Positions 32,347 to 39,779 of a stretch of DNA of 42,402 nucleotides are shown here, piece by piece. Origin of the DNA: a virus. The DNA lies in IMG/VR virus record IMGVR_UViG_3300045988_014198. The stretch is one strand, 5' to 3'. Position numbers and translations under genes: made by a program. The notes beneath the pieces were generated by a model. The model worked only from the letters and a program-made list of their open reading frames with translations. It did not search any database and was not told where the DNA came from. How positions within the stretch are numbered: position 1 is the stretch's first letter; every line of letters starts with the position of its first letter.

Positions 32347-32861
32347 ACCGATTGAAGGAACGGCGGATGGAGCTGGGCCTGACGCAGGAGGCGGTCAGCG
32401 GGGTGCTGAAGCTGGTGGACCCCCGTATCGACACCTGCATGGTGAGCCGGTTTGAAAACGGCGTGTGTCTGCCCACGGAGGAGGTCATGACAGCGCTGGA
32501 GGCGGCACTGCGTACCAGCCGCGCATATCTGTACGGCGACGAGGACAAGGCCGACATCCCCCAGCGGACGGCGGAAACAGAGCGCATCGCGGCGCTGATC
32601 CCCCACGGGCGGCGAAACGCCATCAGCCGTGCGGAGCTGGCGGCGGCGATGCAGACCTCTGACCGGATGATGCGAAAGGCCGTCAGCGAAGCCAAGCGGC
32701 AGGGCGTGATGATCTGCAACGACGGCGAGGGATACTACCAGACGGAGGATCTGGGAGACTTGTACCGGCAGTACAGGCGGGACACGGCGCGGGCCATGTC
32801 CATCCTCAAGGCCAGAAAGCCGATGCGGGACGTGCTGAAAGCGGCGGGTCGACCGGTATGA
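32343..32861 (+). CDS. XRE HTH protein with a winged-helix-like C-terminal domain
   Basis: LKERRMELGLTQEAVSGVL...VSRFENG is an HTH. The C-terminal ISRAELAAAMQTSDRMMRKAVSEAKRQGVMICN is wHTH-like. Confidence 0.6.
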   Translation: MNRLKERRMELGLTQEAVSGVLKLVDPRIDTCMVSRFENGVCLPTEEVMTALEAALRTSRAYLYGDEDKADIPQRTAETERIAALIPHGRRNAISRAELAAAMQTSDRMMRKAVSEAKRQGVMICNDGEGYYQTEDLGDLYRQYRRDTARAMSILKARKPMRDVLKAAGRPV

Positions 32862-33037
32862 GAAGCGTGATGCAGTATTGGGAACCGGAGCGGCCCTTAG
32901 AGCCGAAGGACTACGATCTGCCCGTCTGCCCCGTGTGTGGGGAGGAGACGGACACCTACTACAAGAACAAGGACGGCGTCATCGTGGGGTGCGATTGCTG
33001 CATTGAAGCGAGGGACGCATGGGAGGAACAGAAATGA
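32858..33037 (+). CDS. Small zinc-ribbon protein (59 aa; below the ORF-track cutoff)
   Basis: The ATG overlaps the upstream TGA. MRSVMQYWEPERPLEPKDYDLPVCPVCGEETDTYYKNKDGVIVGCDCCIEARDAWEEQK was read directly from the sequence and contains CxxC...CxCC. Confidence 0.4.
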   Translation: MRSVMQYWEPERPLEPKDYDLPVCPVCGEETDTYYKNKDGVIVGCDCCIEARDAWEEQK

Positions 33038-33061
33038 GTATGTGGGAAAGGCGGAAGAATA

Positions 33062-33706
33062 ATGCTGAAATCATTTAACGAGTTGATACAGGTGGATGTA
33101 AAGCCGTTTTGCGATCTTCGAGACGCAAAGGACGAGAAGGGTAATGTTATCAAGGTCCCTTATTTGAGCTGGGCAAAGTGCGCGAAGTTGCTCCACGAAA
33201 ACGGAGCATCCAGCGTGTGGTATGCCCCTCGTAGGTGCCCGGAAACGAATACATACCTGTGGCCGCAGGCCAAAATTACTACCAGTAAAGGAAGGATTAC
33301 AGAATGCTGGTTTGTGTCTGTTGAAATCCACATTGACGATTTGGAGTTTTCTTACGACATGCCTCTGCTGAACGGGTCCCTTGTGGTATATGAGGATACG
33401 TTGAACCAACTTCGCATAAACAACGCGCTGGCGAGAGCTTTCGTTAAAGGTGTTGCCGTGCGTACCGGTCTTGGGTTTGACCTTTGGGCAGAAGGTGACG
33501 GAGACGATGGTGAGGACGATTTGAGCCGTCACAGTATCTTTGCCATAAAGGAGAGACTGGAAAGACTAATCACCATGAAAGAACGAAACGGGCTTGACCA
33601 CAACGACCTGCTTCGGGGACTTGGGATCAACGAAAAACAGCTTGTGCAGTTGATGGGCTATTTTGCAAAACTGGACGCGCTTGAAAAGGCTGTGAGTAAA
33701 CTATGA
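33062..33706 (+). CDS. Single-strand annealing protein, Sak/DUF1071 (Rad52-like) pattern
   Basis: VPYLSWAKCAKLLHENGA... and an acidic region (EGDGDDGEDD) resemble Sak-type SSAPs. It is paired with a downstream YqaJ-like exonuclease. Confidence 0.55.
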   Translation: MLKSFNELIQVDVKPFCDLRDAKDEKGNVIKVPYLSWAKCAKLLHENGASSVWYAPRRCPETNTYLWPQAKITTSKGRITECWFVSVEIHIDDLEFSYDMPLLNGSLVVYEDTLNQLRINNALARAFVKGVAVRTGLGFDLWAEGDGDDGEDDLSRHSIFAIKERLERLITMKERNGLDHNDLLRGLGINEKQLVQLMGYFAKLDALEKAVSKL

Positions 33707-34287
33707 TAGGAAACCACGACAGAAGCGGATGGTTTGGTGCAAGCGACACCGCCACCATCATGGGGAACTGGAATACAGATACGTTTCGAAGATGGTGGCT
33801 GGTGAAGCTTGGGGTCAGGAAGGACAGGTTTATTACGCCGGCAATGCAGTGCGGCACGGCTTACGAGCACAAGATACTTGATGCGCTGCGCGTAAAGACA
33901 CGAGACAGACAGATACGCATCCGTTCGCTCCGTTTGCGGGTGAACTATGACGGGGAAAGCAGACAACTTATTACCGAAGTGAAAACGCACAGCAAACCTG
34001 TGTTCAAGGTTACGAAAGCGTATTGGCAGCAGTGCCAGGTGGAGATGTTTGCCAGCGGATGCGGATTGTTCCGAAAGAGGAAGTTTTGCAGGATCGTGGC
34101 ATACCGCGTTACAGAAGACGAATTGTTTAATTTTTTTCTGCCAATAGACGAAAACAGGTTGACACAGCACAAGGTTGATTATGACGCGGAGTGGGTCGAG
34201 GGGTGTTATCTACCTCGCCTTAGGTATTTGGCAAAATGCCTACGAACAGGACATTGGCCGCAGGAGGAAGAATTATGCGGCAGGTAA
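33703..34287 (+). CDS. YqaJ-like PD-(D/E)xK recombination exonuclease
   Basis: GASDTATIMG...W..KLG...MQCGTAYEHKI...VNYDGE...TEVKT follows the YqaJ motif order (SD..G, E, D, E.K). Confidence 0.6.
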   Translation: MIGNHDRSGWFGASDTATIMGNWNTDTFRRWWLVKLGVRKDRFITPAMQCGTAYEHKILDALRVKTRDRQIRIRSLRLRVNYDGESRQLITEVKTHSKPVFKVTKAYWQQCQVEMFASGCGLFRKRKFCRIVAYRVTEDELFNFFLPIDENRLTQHKVDYDAEWVEGCYLPRLRYLAKCLRTGHWPQEEELCGR

Positions 34288-34814
34288 CGGTTAACGCGGC
34301 GCGGTGGTCGCAGGACAGCGAGGGCGCGTGGCTCTGCCTGCGGGTGAAGTCGCCGGAGGCGGCGAGGGAGGTCTGTGATGCGCTGAAGCCGGGCAAGGAG
34401 TACACCGCCACCATCAAGGGCAAAGGGCGGAGCCTGGATGCCAACGGGTATGCGTGGGTGCTGCTGGACAAGCTGGCGGCGCACTACGGCGTTGCGAGAG
34501 AGAAGGTATACCGGCAGGAGATACAGAGCATCGGCGGCGTGAGCGAGGTACTGTGCCTGCGGGAAAAGGCGGCGGAGGCGTTCTGCCGGAGCTGGGAACG
34601 GAACGGTATCGGCTGGATGACCGATACCGGCCCCAGCAAAATCAAGGGCTGCGTAAACGTGACCGTCTGGTACGGCAGCTCCGTATACGACACGGAGCAG
34701 ATGGCGCGGCTGATAGATGCCATCGTGCAGGACTGCCGGGATGTCGGCATCGAGACCATGACGCCGCGAGAGCTGGATGCCCTTGTGAGCCGGTGGGGAG
34801 AAGTGAGCGTATGA
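34275..34814 (+). CDS. Phage recombination/nuclease-associated protein (resembles the N-terminal half of the 'putative HNHc nuclease' architecture; NinB-like RS..N..W motif)
   Basis: The ATG follows CAGGAGGAAG. GRSLDANGYAWVLLDKLA is similar to the RS..QN...W motif of NinB/HNHc_6-type proteins. Low certainty. Confidence 0.4.
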   Translation: MRQVTVNAARWSQDSEGAWLCLRVKSPEAAREVCDALKPGKEYTATIKGKGRSLDANGYAWVLLDKLAAHYGVAREKVYRQEIQSIGGVSEVLCLREKAAEAFCRSWERNGIGWMTDTGPSKIKGCVNVTVWYGSSVYDTEQMARLIDAIVQDCRDVGIETMTPRELDALVSRWGEVSV

Positions 34815-35089
34815 ACGACAAGCGATGCTTTTTGTGCGGGCGGAACGACCCAAGTGACCCGCTGGAGCGCCACCACATTCTCGGCGGCGCAAACCGTAAG
34901 AAGAGCGAGAAGTACGGTCTTGTGGTGTACCTGTGCGGCAATCGCTGCCACCGGAACGGGCGCGGCGCGGTACACAAGAACGGCGACCAGATGCGGCGTC
35001 TGAGGCGGTACGGGCAGCTCAAGGCAATGGAGGAGCAGGGCTGGACGGAGGATGACTTCCGCCGCGAGTTCGGAAAAAGTTATTTATGA
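34811..35089 (+). CDS. HNH-like zinc-finger protein
   Basis: 92 aa. CFLCG...LERHHILGGANRKKSEKYGLVVYLCGNRCHRNGRGAVH...FGKSYL is a conserved small phage HNH-type module. The start overlaps the upstream stop. Confidence 0.5.
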   Translation: MNDKRCFLCGRNDPSDPLERHHILGGANRKKSEKYGLVVYLCGNRCHRNGRGAVHKNGDQMRRLRRYGQLKAMEEQGWTEDDFRREFGKSYL

Positions 35090-35108
35090 GAGGAATGGGT
35101 GAAAAGAA

Positions 35109-35435
35109 ATGAAACGAATCAAGGTTGATATCCCGGCTATAAAAAAGCATATTCGGGAGCACGGTATGACGCAATCTGATGTGTGTAGGCGCATCGGTCG
35201 CAACTCAAACTTTCTGTGCTCTTGCACAGGCGATATGGCTGACTACACATACGACCTGTTAGTGCGAGAGCTTGGAGTGGAGAATGGCGCGTTTCAGAAA
35301 AAGGAAGACGTTCAACCTACAAAAGCCAGCAGTCAGGCTGGGCTGTATACGCTGGGGTTGGATGTTTCTCCAGAAAAAGTTGTATTGCATATGTATTTCC
35401 AGGGGACGGAGATATGCAAGGCGATTCCAAGGTGA
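35109..35435 (+). CDS. Hypothetical protein with an N-terminal HTH-like segment
   Basis: 108 aa. IREHGMTQSDVCRRIGRNSNFL is HTH-like. The block is lower in GC by eye. Confidence 0.45.
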   Translation: MKRIKVDIPAIKKHIREHGMTQSDVCRRIGRNSNFLCSCTGDMADYTYDLLVRELGVENGAFQKKEDVQPTKASSQAGLYTLGLDVSPEKVVLHMYFQGTEICKAIPR

Positions 35436-35534
35436 AAGGCACACGGGAACTGGATCTAATGCAGGCCATTTCGTATGCAGCACATATGATGTACAAGTTT
35501 GCGGAACAAAAAGAATTGGATAAGGAGATTTGAA

Positions 35535-35927
35535 ATGCTGAACAAGATTTTCATTATGGGACGCCTGACCCGCGATCCGGAGCTGCGCAGGACGCAGAAC
35601 GGCACCGCTGTCACCAGTTTCACGCTGGCGGTAGACCGGGACTTTAAGAACGCGGACGGCACCAAGGACACGGATTTTATTGACGTGGTGGCGTGGCGCA
35701 ACACTGCCGAGTTCGTATCCAAGTATTTCTCCAAGGGGCGCATGGCCGTGGTGGAGGGGCGCTTGCAGCTGCGGGACTGGACGGACAAGGACGGCAACAA
35801 GCGCCGGAACGCCGAGGTGCTGGCGGACAACATCTACTTTGGCGATGCCAAAAAGGACGCGGACAGCGGCGCGGCGCGAACCACCGGCTTTGCCGAGATC
35901 GAGGACGACGGCGACCTGCCGTTCTGA
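35535..35927 (+). CDS. ssb: Single-stranded DNA-binding protein
   Basis: MLNKIFIMGRLTRDPELRRTQNGTAVTSFTLAV.R.........DFIDVVAWRNTAEFVSKYFSKG..V.VEGRLQ.R.W is a canonical OB fold. The acidic tip is DDGDLPF. Confidence 0.9.
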   Translation: MLNKIFIMGRLTRDPELRRTQNGTAVTSFTLAVDRDFKNADGTKDTDFIDVVAWRNTAEFVSKYFSKGRMAVVEGRLQLRDWTDKDGNKRRNAEVLADNIYFGDAKKDADSGAARTTGFAEIEDDGDLPF

Positions 35928-35944
35928 TGGGAGGGGTAAGCGGC

Positions 35945-36169
35945 ATGGATTACTGGCACAAGCGGTACACCTGCCCCTACTTCACCAGCAGCGAGAAACG
36001 GCGGGTCTGCTGCGAGGGCGGAAGCCGCGTCAGCTTCGAGACGGGCGGCGCGGCATCCCGCTTCATGGATCAATTCTGTGCCGGTGCGTGGGAGCATTGC
36101 ACCATCGCACGGAACCTGACGGACGAGTACGAGAGAAAGGAAGAAAAGAATGGGAAAGATGCAGGATGA
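35945..36169 (+). CDS. Hypothetical Cys-rich protein
   Basis: 74 aa from ATG 35945. No family recognised. Confidence 0.4.
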   Translation: MDYWHKRYTCPYFTSSEKRRVCCEGGSRVSFETGGAASRFMDQFCAGAWEHCTIARNLTDEYERKEEKNGKDAG

Positions 36170-36464
36170 AATCAAGGGTCTGCGGCGGCAGAATCGGCAC
36201 CTGGAAAACATCGTACAGCGCCAGAGGCAGCACATCGAGGACGCGGAGAGCGTGAACGAGGCGTTCAGGCGCGGCATGGATGCGCACTACGCTGCCTGTG
36301 CCGTACAGTTCGGCGAGAAGCGTGAGGACTGCGACACACTGTGGGGCTACCATCTGGAGATCCCTGCGAAGCTGGTGACGCAGGCACTGACGGACTACAC
36401 CGTGCAGGTGGCGTTGGACAAGGAGCGCGGCGTTTACGTCATCGGGGCGATGAAGAAGGAGTGA
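36150..36464 (+). CDS. Hypothetical protein (coiled-coil N-terminus)
   Basis: 104-aa ORF overlapping the upstream gene by 20 nt. Confidence 0.45.
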   Translation: MGKMQDEIKGLRRQNRHLENIVQRQRQHIEDAESVNEAFRRGMDAHYAACAVQFGEKREDCDTLWGYHLEIPAKLVTQALTDYTVQVALDKERGVYVIGAMKKE

Positions 36465-36470
36465 GGCGGC

Positions 36471-36707
36471 GTGAAGCGCAAACAATTCACGTTTTACAGC
36501 TCCTACTGGGATGCGATACAGCCTCTCCCCAAAAAGCAGCAGGCGGAGATTCTTCTGGCGATCTGCGACTATGCGCTGAACGAAACGGAGCCGTCCAGCA
36601 GTCTCTCCCCCGCCGCCAGTGTCGCGTTTAATTTGATTCGCCCCACACTGGACAGCGGCAGAAATAAAGCCGCCAACCGCCAGAACAAATCAGAATCAAA
36701 CGGATAA
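36471..36707 (+). CDS. DUF6291-like protein (N-terminal module common in phage replisome-organiser regions)
   Basis: FTFYSSYWDAIQPLPKKQQAEILLAICDYALNETEP...AFNLIRPTLDSGRNKAANRQN follows the pattern I recall for DUF6291. GTG start. Confidence 0.5.
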   Translation: MKRKQFTFYSSYWDAIQPLPKKQQAEILLAICDYALNETEPSSSLSPAASVAFNLIRPTLDSGRNKAANRQNKSESNG

Positions 36708-36738
36708 CAAACGCAAAACAAACGCGCAACAAAGGCGC

Positions 36739-36794
36739 AAGGAGAAAGAGGGGGAGAAAGAGAGAGAGTAAGAGGGAGAGGGAGAGTAAGAGAA
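36739..36794 (+). repeat. 56-nt polypurine tract (two T interruptions) containing GAGAGTAAGAG twice
   Basis: Read directly: GGAGAAAGAGGGGGAGAAAGAGAGAGAGTAAGAGGGAGAGGGAGAGTAAGAGAA. The 11-mer occurs at 36764-36774 and 36782-36792. It is preceded by an A/C-rich tract free of T from about 36707. Confidence 0.85.
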
Positions 36795-36846
36795 CGAATG
36801 TTATATATTACGGCGGCGGGAGTATGTACTACCGGAGGAGGAAGAA

Positions 36847-37212
36847 ATGGACAGAAGCGAAGTCGAGAAGCTTTTTACCCTGTTTTCGCAGTTCTGGCCG
36901 AACAAGCAGGTCACGGCAAAAATGAAGCTGGCGTGGGAGATCGCTTTAGAGTCTTACAGCTACGCGGACGTAAGAGCCGCCGCCGTCGCCTATGCCAGAC
37001 GCAATAAATTTTTTCCCGATGTGGCGGATATCACGATGGGCATTGAGCCGCAGGAGGAGCAGGCGCAGGAAGAACAGGCACAGGATACGATGGAGCGTTT
37101 TGCTTGGATGCGGGACTACATCAACAAGGAACACAAGTGGGGACGTATCTCCCGCTATGCAAGGGAACACGGGATGACGTGGCAGGAGGCCAAGGAGGCG
37201 CTGGATGGATAA
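36847..37212 (+). CDS. G39P-like helicase-loader domain protein
   Basis: LFTLFSQFWPNKQVT...LAWEIALESYSYADVRAAAVAYARRNKFFPDVADI resembles the 'loader and inhibitor of G40P' pattern (Yp...W...L..y....v..al.....kf.P.iaei). Confidence 0.45.
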   Translation: MDRSEVEKLFTLFSQFWPNKQVTAKMKLAWEIALESYSYADVRAAAVAYARRNKFFPDVADITMGIEPQEEQAQEEQAQDTMERFAWMRDYINKEHKWGRISRYAREHGMTWQEAKEALDG

Positions 37213-37417
37213 AGGCATCTGGCGCGTGGCCAGAGCGCGGCTGTGCGTGACCTGTTTGCAGGAGATGGCGGAGGATTACATCATCGAGCCAGCGTTCCAC
37301 GGCTGGGCGCAGGGCGTGTGCCAGCGCTGCGGAAAAGCGCAGAAAATGACGACGGTCAAGCGCTACACCATGAGTAGGCGCGGACTGGAGAAAAGAGGGT
37401 TGTTGGATGAACAGTGA
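37205..37417 (+). CDS. Hypothetical Cys-containing protein
   Basis: 70-aa ORF overlapping both neighbours, with CVTC...CQRCG pairs. Confidence 0.4.
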   Translation: MDKGIWRVARARLCVTCLQEMAEDYIIEPAFHGWAQGVCQRCGKAQKMTTVKRYTMSRRGLEKRGLLDEQ

Positions 37418-37832
37418 GGATCTGATGCGGCTGGGGCCTGCGGCACAGAAGCAGGTCATGGAGAAGATGCAGAAGCAGGGGAAGTACAAGGCACAGAAGA
37501 CGCGGCGCGGCAAGCTGACCTTTGACAGCAAGAAGGAGGCGGAGCGCTACGATGCGCTGATGATGCTGCAAAAGGCTGGGGAGATACGCGGGCTGAAATT
37601 GCAGGTGCGATACTGCTTGCAAGAGGCGTACACGACGTTTGAGGGCGACCGCGTGAAAAGTATCGACTACATCGCGGACTTCGTGTACGAGCGCAGAACG
37701 GCGCCTGACAGCTACGGACAGCGGCACTGGTTGCCGGTGGTGGAGGACGTGAAGGGTGTGCGGACGCGGGAGTATGCTATGAAAGCAAAGCTGTTCCGCA
37801 ATCGGTACGGCTACGCCATCCGGGAGGTGTGA
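37407..37832 (+). CDS. DUF1064 family protein (PD-(D/E)xK, putative Holliday-junction resolvase-type)
   Basis: KYKAQKT...FDSKKEAERYDALMMLQKAGEIRGLKLQV...IDYIADFVYE...VVEDVKG..T.EYAMKAKLF matches the DUF1064 pattern. Confidence 0.65.
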   Translation: MNSEDLMRLGPAAQKQVMEKMQKQGKYKAQKTRRGKLTFDSKKEAERYDALMMLQKAGEIRGLKLQVRYCLQEAYTTFEGDRVKSIDYIADFVYERRTAPDSYGQRHWLPVVEDVKGVRTREYAMKAKLFRNRYGYAIREV

Positions 37833-38026
37833 GCATGACCACGGTATACATGATCGTGACCCGTGATAAGTACCGCCTGCCCCGCTGGTGGGGTACGACG
37901 GCGGCGGAACTGGCGCGGCTTTCCGGGCGGAATTATCAGAATGTTCGTTCGTCGATTTGCAAGGCATTCCGGCACGGAGGCAGCTACGGCTGCTACGAGG
38001 TGGTGCGCATACAGGAGGGCGAGTGA
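37829..38026 (+). CDS. Hypothetical small protein
   Basis: 65-aa ORF with ATGA/TGATG overlaps on both sides. Confidence 0.4.
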   Translation: MSMTTVYMIVTRDKYRLPRWWGTTAAELARLSGRNYQNVRSSICKAFRHGGSYGCYEVVRIQEGE

Positions 38027-38301
38027 TGGGCAAGAAGCATTTGAGCCGTGATGACCGGATTTTTATGGACGGCAAGCGCAGAGGTACGCAGGAGTGCATG
38101 GACATGGTGGCAATGGCGCTGATCGACAAGTGCGGCTGGCACGTCCAGGAGGAGACACCCGACAGCCGGGACACCCACAGTATCGCGTACCTGTATGCGT
38201 GTCTTGAGAAGATTACGCAGGAGATCAACGAAGGCCGCATCAAGCGTAAGCACATCAAGGATATGCTGAAGGACGAGTGCGGCGTGGTGTTTGGAGGTTG
38301 A
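38026..38301 (+). CDS. Hypothetical protein
   Basis: 91 aa from ATG 38026, which overlaps the upstream TGA. Confidence 0.4.
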   Translation: MGKKHLSRDDRIFMDGKRRGTQECMDMVAMALIDKCGWHVQEETPDSRDTHSIAYLYACLEKITQEINEGRIKRKHIKDMLKDECGVVFGG

Positions 38302-38302
38302 G

Positions 38303-38959
38303 ATGAAAGTTTTATGTGCGTGTGAGGAAAGCCAAGAGGTGTGCAAGGCGTTTCGCGAGTTGGGGCATGAAGCATATTCCTGCGACATACAGGAGCCGTC
38401 TGGCGGACATCCGGAGTGGCATATCCTCGGTGACGCTCTCGAAGCCGTTAAAGGCGGGAGCGTGACTACGATGGACGGACAAGTTCATGAAGTCGGTAAA
38501 TGGGATTTGCTGATTGCACATCCACCTTGCACACATCTTAGCGTGTCCGGTGCGCGTTGGTTCGCGGAAGGGAAAAAGCCTTTGAGTTTGCGTTATGACG
38601 CAGCTGCGTTCTTCCTTCGTTTTATTGAAGCAGATATACCGAGAATTGCAGTCGAGAACCCGGTGAGTGTTATGTCATCGCTGTATCGGAAGTCGGATCA
38701 GTGTGTTCACCCGTGGCAGTTTGGGCATTTGGAAGAAAAAAGCACCTGCCTGTGGTTGAAGGGGCTTCCGCTGCTGGAAGAAACGAATAATGTGAAAGAA
38801 GAGTTTTTGAAGTTGCCAGATCGGGAGAGAAATAGGTTGCATTGGCTTTCTCCAAGTAAAGAAAGAGCAAAAGCCAGGAGCAAGACCTTCCCCGGCATTG
38901 CCAAAGCAATGGCGGAGCAATGGGGCGGAGACATTAGGGACTGTGAGGGGAGACAATGA
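38303..38959 (+). CDS. Compact DNA cytosine-C5 methyltransferase-like protein
   Basis: The ATG follows TTGGAGGTTGAG. LLIAHPPCTHLSVSG (PC motif IV) and IAVENP (ENV motif VI) are present. The N-terminal KVLCACEESQ replaces the usual FxGxG. About 218 aa with no long target-recognition domain. Confidence 0.6.
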   Translation: MKVLCACEESQEVCKAFRELGHEAYSCDIQEPSGGHPEWHILGDALEAVKGGSVTTMDGQVHEVGKWDLLIAHPPCTHLSVSGARWFAEGKKPLSLRYDAAAFFLRFIEADIPRIAVENPVSVMSSLYRKSDQCVHPWQFGHLEEKSTCLWLKGLPLLEETNNVKEEFLKLPDRERNRLHWLSPSKERAKARSKTFPGIAKAMAEQWGGDIRDCEGRQ

Positions 38960-39402
38960 ACAACGATTTAATGTTTTCGTCAAAATCTGAAATGTGGGAG
39001 ACCCCGCAAGCCTTCTTTGACGACCTCAACAACCTCTTCCAATTTACGCTGGATGCCTGCGCAACGCCAGAAAACGCGAAATGCGAACGCTATTTCACCC
39101 CGGAGATGGACGGACTGAAACAGGACTGGGACGGCGTTGTGTGGTGCAATCCCCCATACGGACGCGGCGTTGGGGCGTGGGTAGAGAAAGCGCATCGAAC
39201 CGCCGAGGAATCAGACGCAACGGTTGTTATGCTGCTTCCGGCGAGGACGGATACCGCTTGGTTCCACGATTACTGCTACAACGACAAATATGCAACCATC
39301 AATTTCGTGCGTGGGAGATTAAAGTTCGGCGGAGAAAAGAACAGTGCCCCATTCCCAAGCATGGTGGTGATTTTTCGCCGCCCCGCGAAAGCGCTACATT
39401 AG
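38956..39402 (+). CDS. Phage Dam-type DNA N6-adenine methyltransferase
   Basis: WETPQAFFDDLNNLFQFTLDACA...N.....YFT...DGL.Q.W.G.VWCNPPYGR...WV.KA.......VVMLLPARTDT.WFH......A..INFVRGRLKF: the NPPY motif and the full family pattern are present. Confidence 0.85.
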   Translation: MNNDLMFSSKSEMWETPQAFFDDLNNLFQFTLDACATPENAKCERYFTPEMDGLKQDWDGVVWCNPPYGRGVGAWVEKAHRTAEESDATVVMLLPARTDTAWFHDYCYNDKYATINFVRGRLKFGGEKNSAPFPSMVVIFRRPAKALH

Positions 39403-39488
39403 GGAGGAATGACCATGTACGCGGATATCAACGGGCAGAGGCTCAGAGAGAACTTTTAATTTTAACAAAAATCAGGAGGAATTTCATC

Positions 39489-39779
39489 ATGAACAACAAT
39501 CAGGACTACATCGTTCGCTGTGACCGCGCAGGCGTGTTTTTCGGCAAGATCAAAGAGAGAAGCGGCTCCGAGGTCACCATGACCGAGGTGCGTAAGCTGT
39601 GGAGCTGGGACGGCGCGTGTGCCGTGGAGCAGCTGGCGCAAGACGGCACAAAAGCACAGGGCAACTGCCACTTTACCGTGACGATCCCGGAAATGACCGT
39701 GCTGGGCGCGATCCAGATCATCCCGTGCACGGATGATGCATCGGTATCGCTTCGCGGCGTAAAGGAGTGGAAGAGATGA
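39489..39779 (+). CDS. Small conserved phage protein, cassette copy A, first gene
   Basis: 96 aa. The ATG follows AATCAGGAGGAA. YIVRCDRAGVFFGKI...VRKLWSWDGACAVEQLAQDGTK is about two thirds identical to 41990-42286. It resembles a widespread small early phage protein family whose name I cannot confirm. Confidence 0.65.
   Translation: MNNNQDYIVRCDRAGVFFGKIKERSGSEVTMTEVRKLWSWDGACAVEQLAQDGTKAQGNCHFTVTIPEMTVLGAIQIIPCTDDASVSLRGVKEWKR

Noticed and set aside
35414-35533. 39-aa ORF (MQGDSKVKGTRELDLMQAISYAAHMMYKFAEQKELDKEI) overlapping the end of 35109-35435, possibly a frameshifted continuation.
   Set aside because: It is short, with no recognisable family and no slippery sequence at the overlap. 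I cannot distinguish a real small gene, a recoding event or noise from sequence alone.
36798-37007. 69-aa + strand ORF overlapping the start of the G39P-like gene.
   Set aside because: It is out of frame with, and largely inside, the better-supported 36847-37212 gene (which has an RBS, GGAGGAGGAAGAA). Its composition is G/R-rich and it starts in the polypurine tract.
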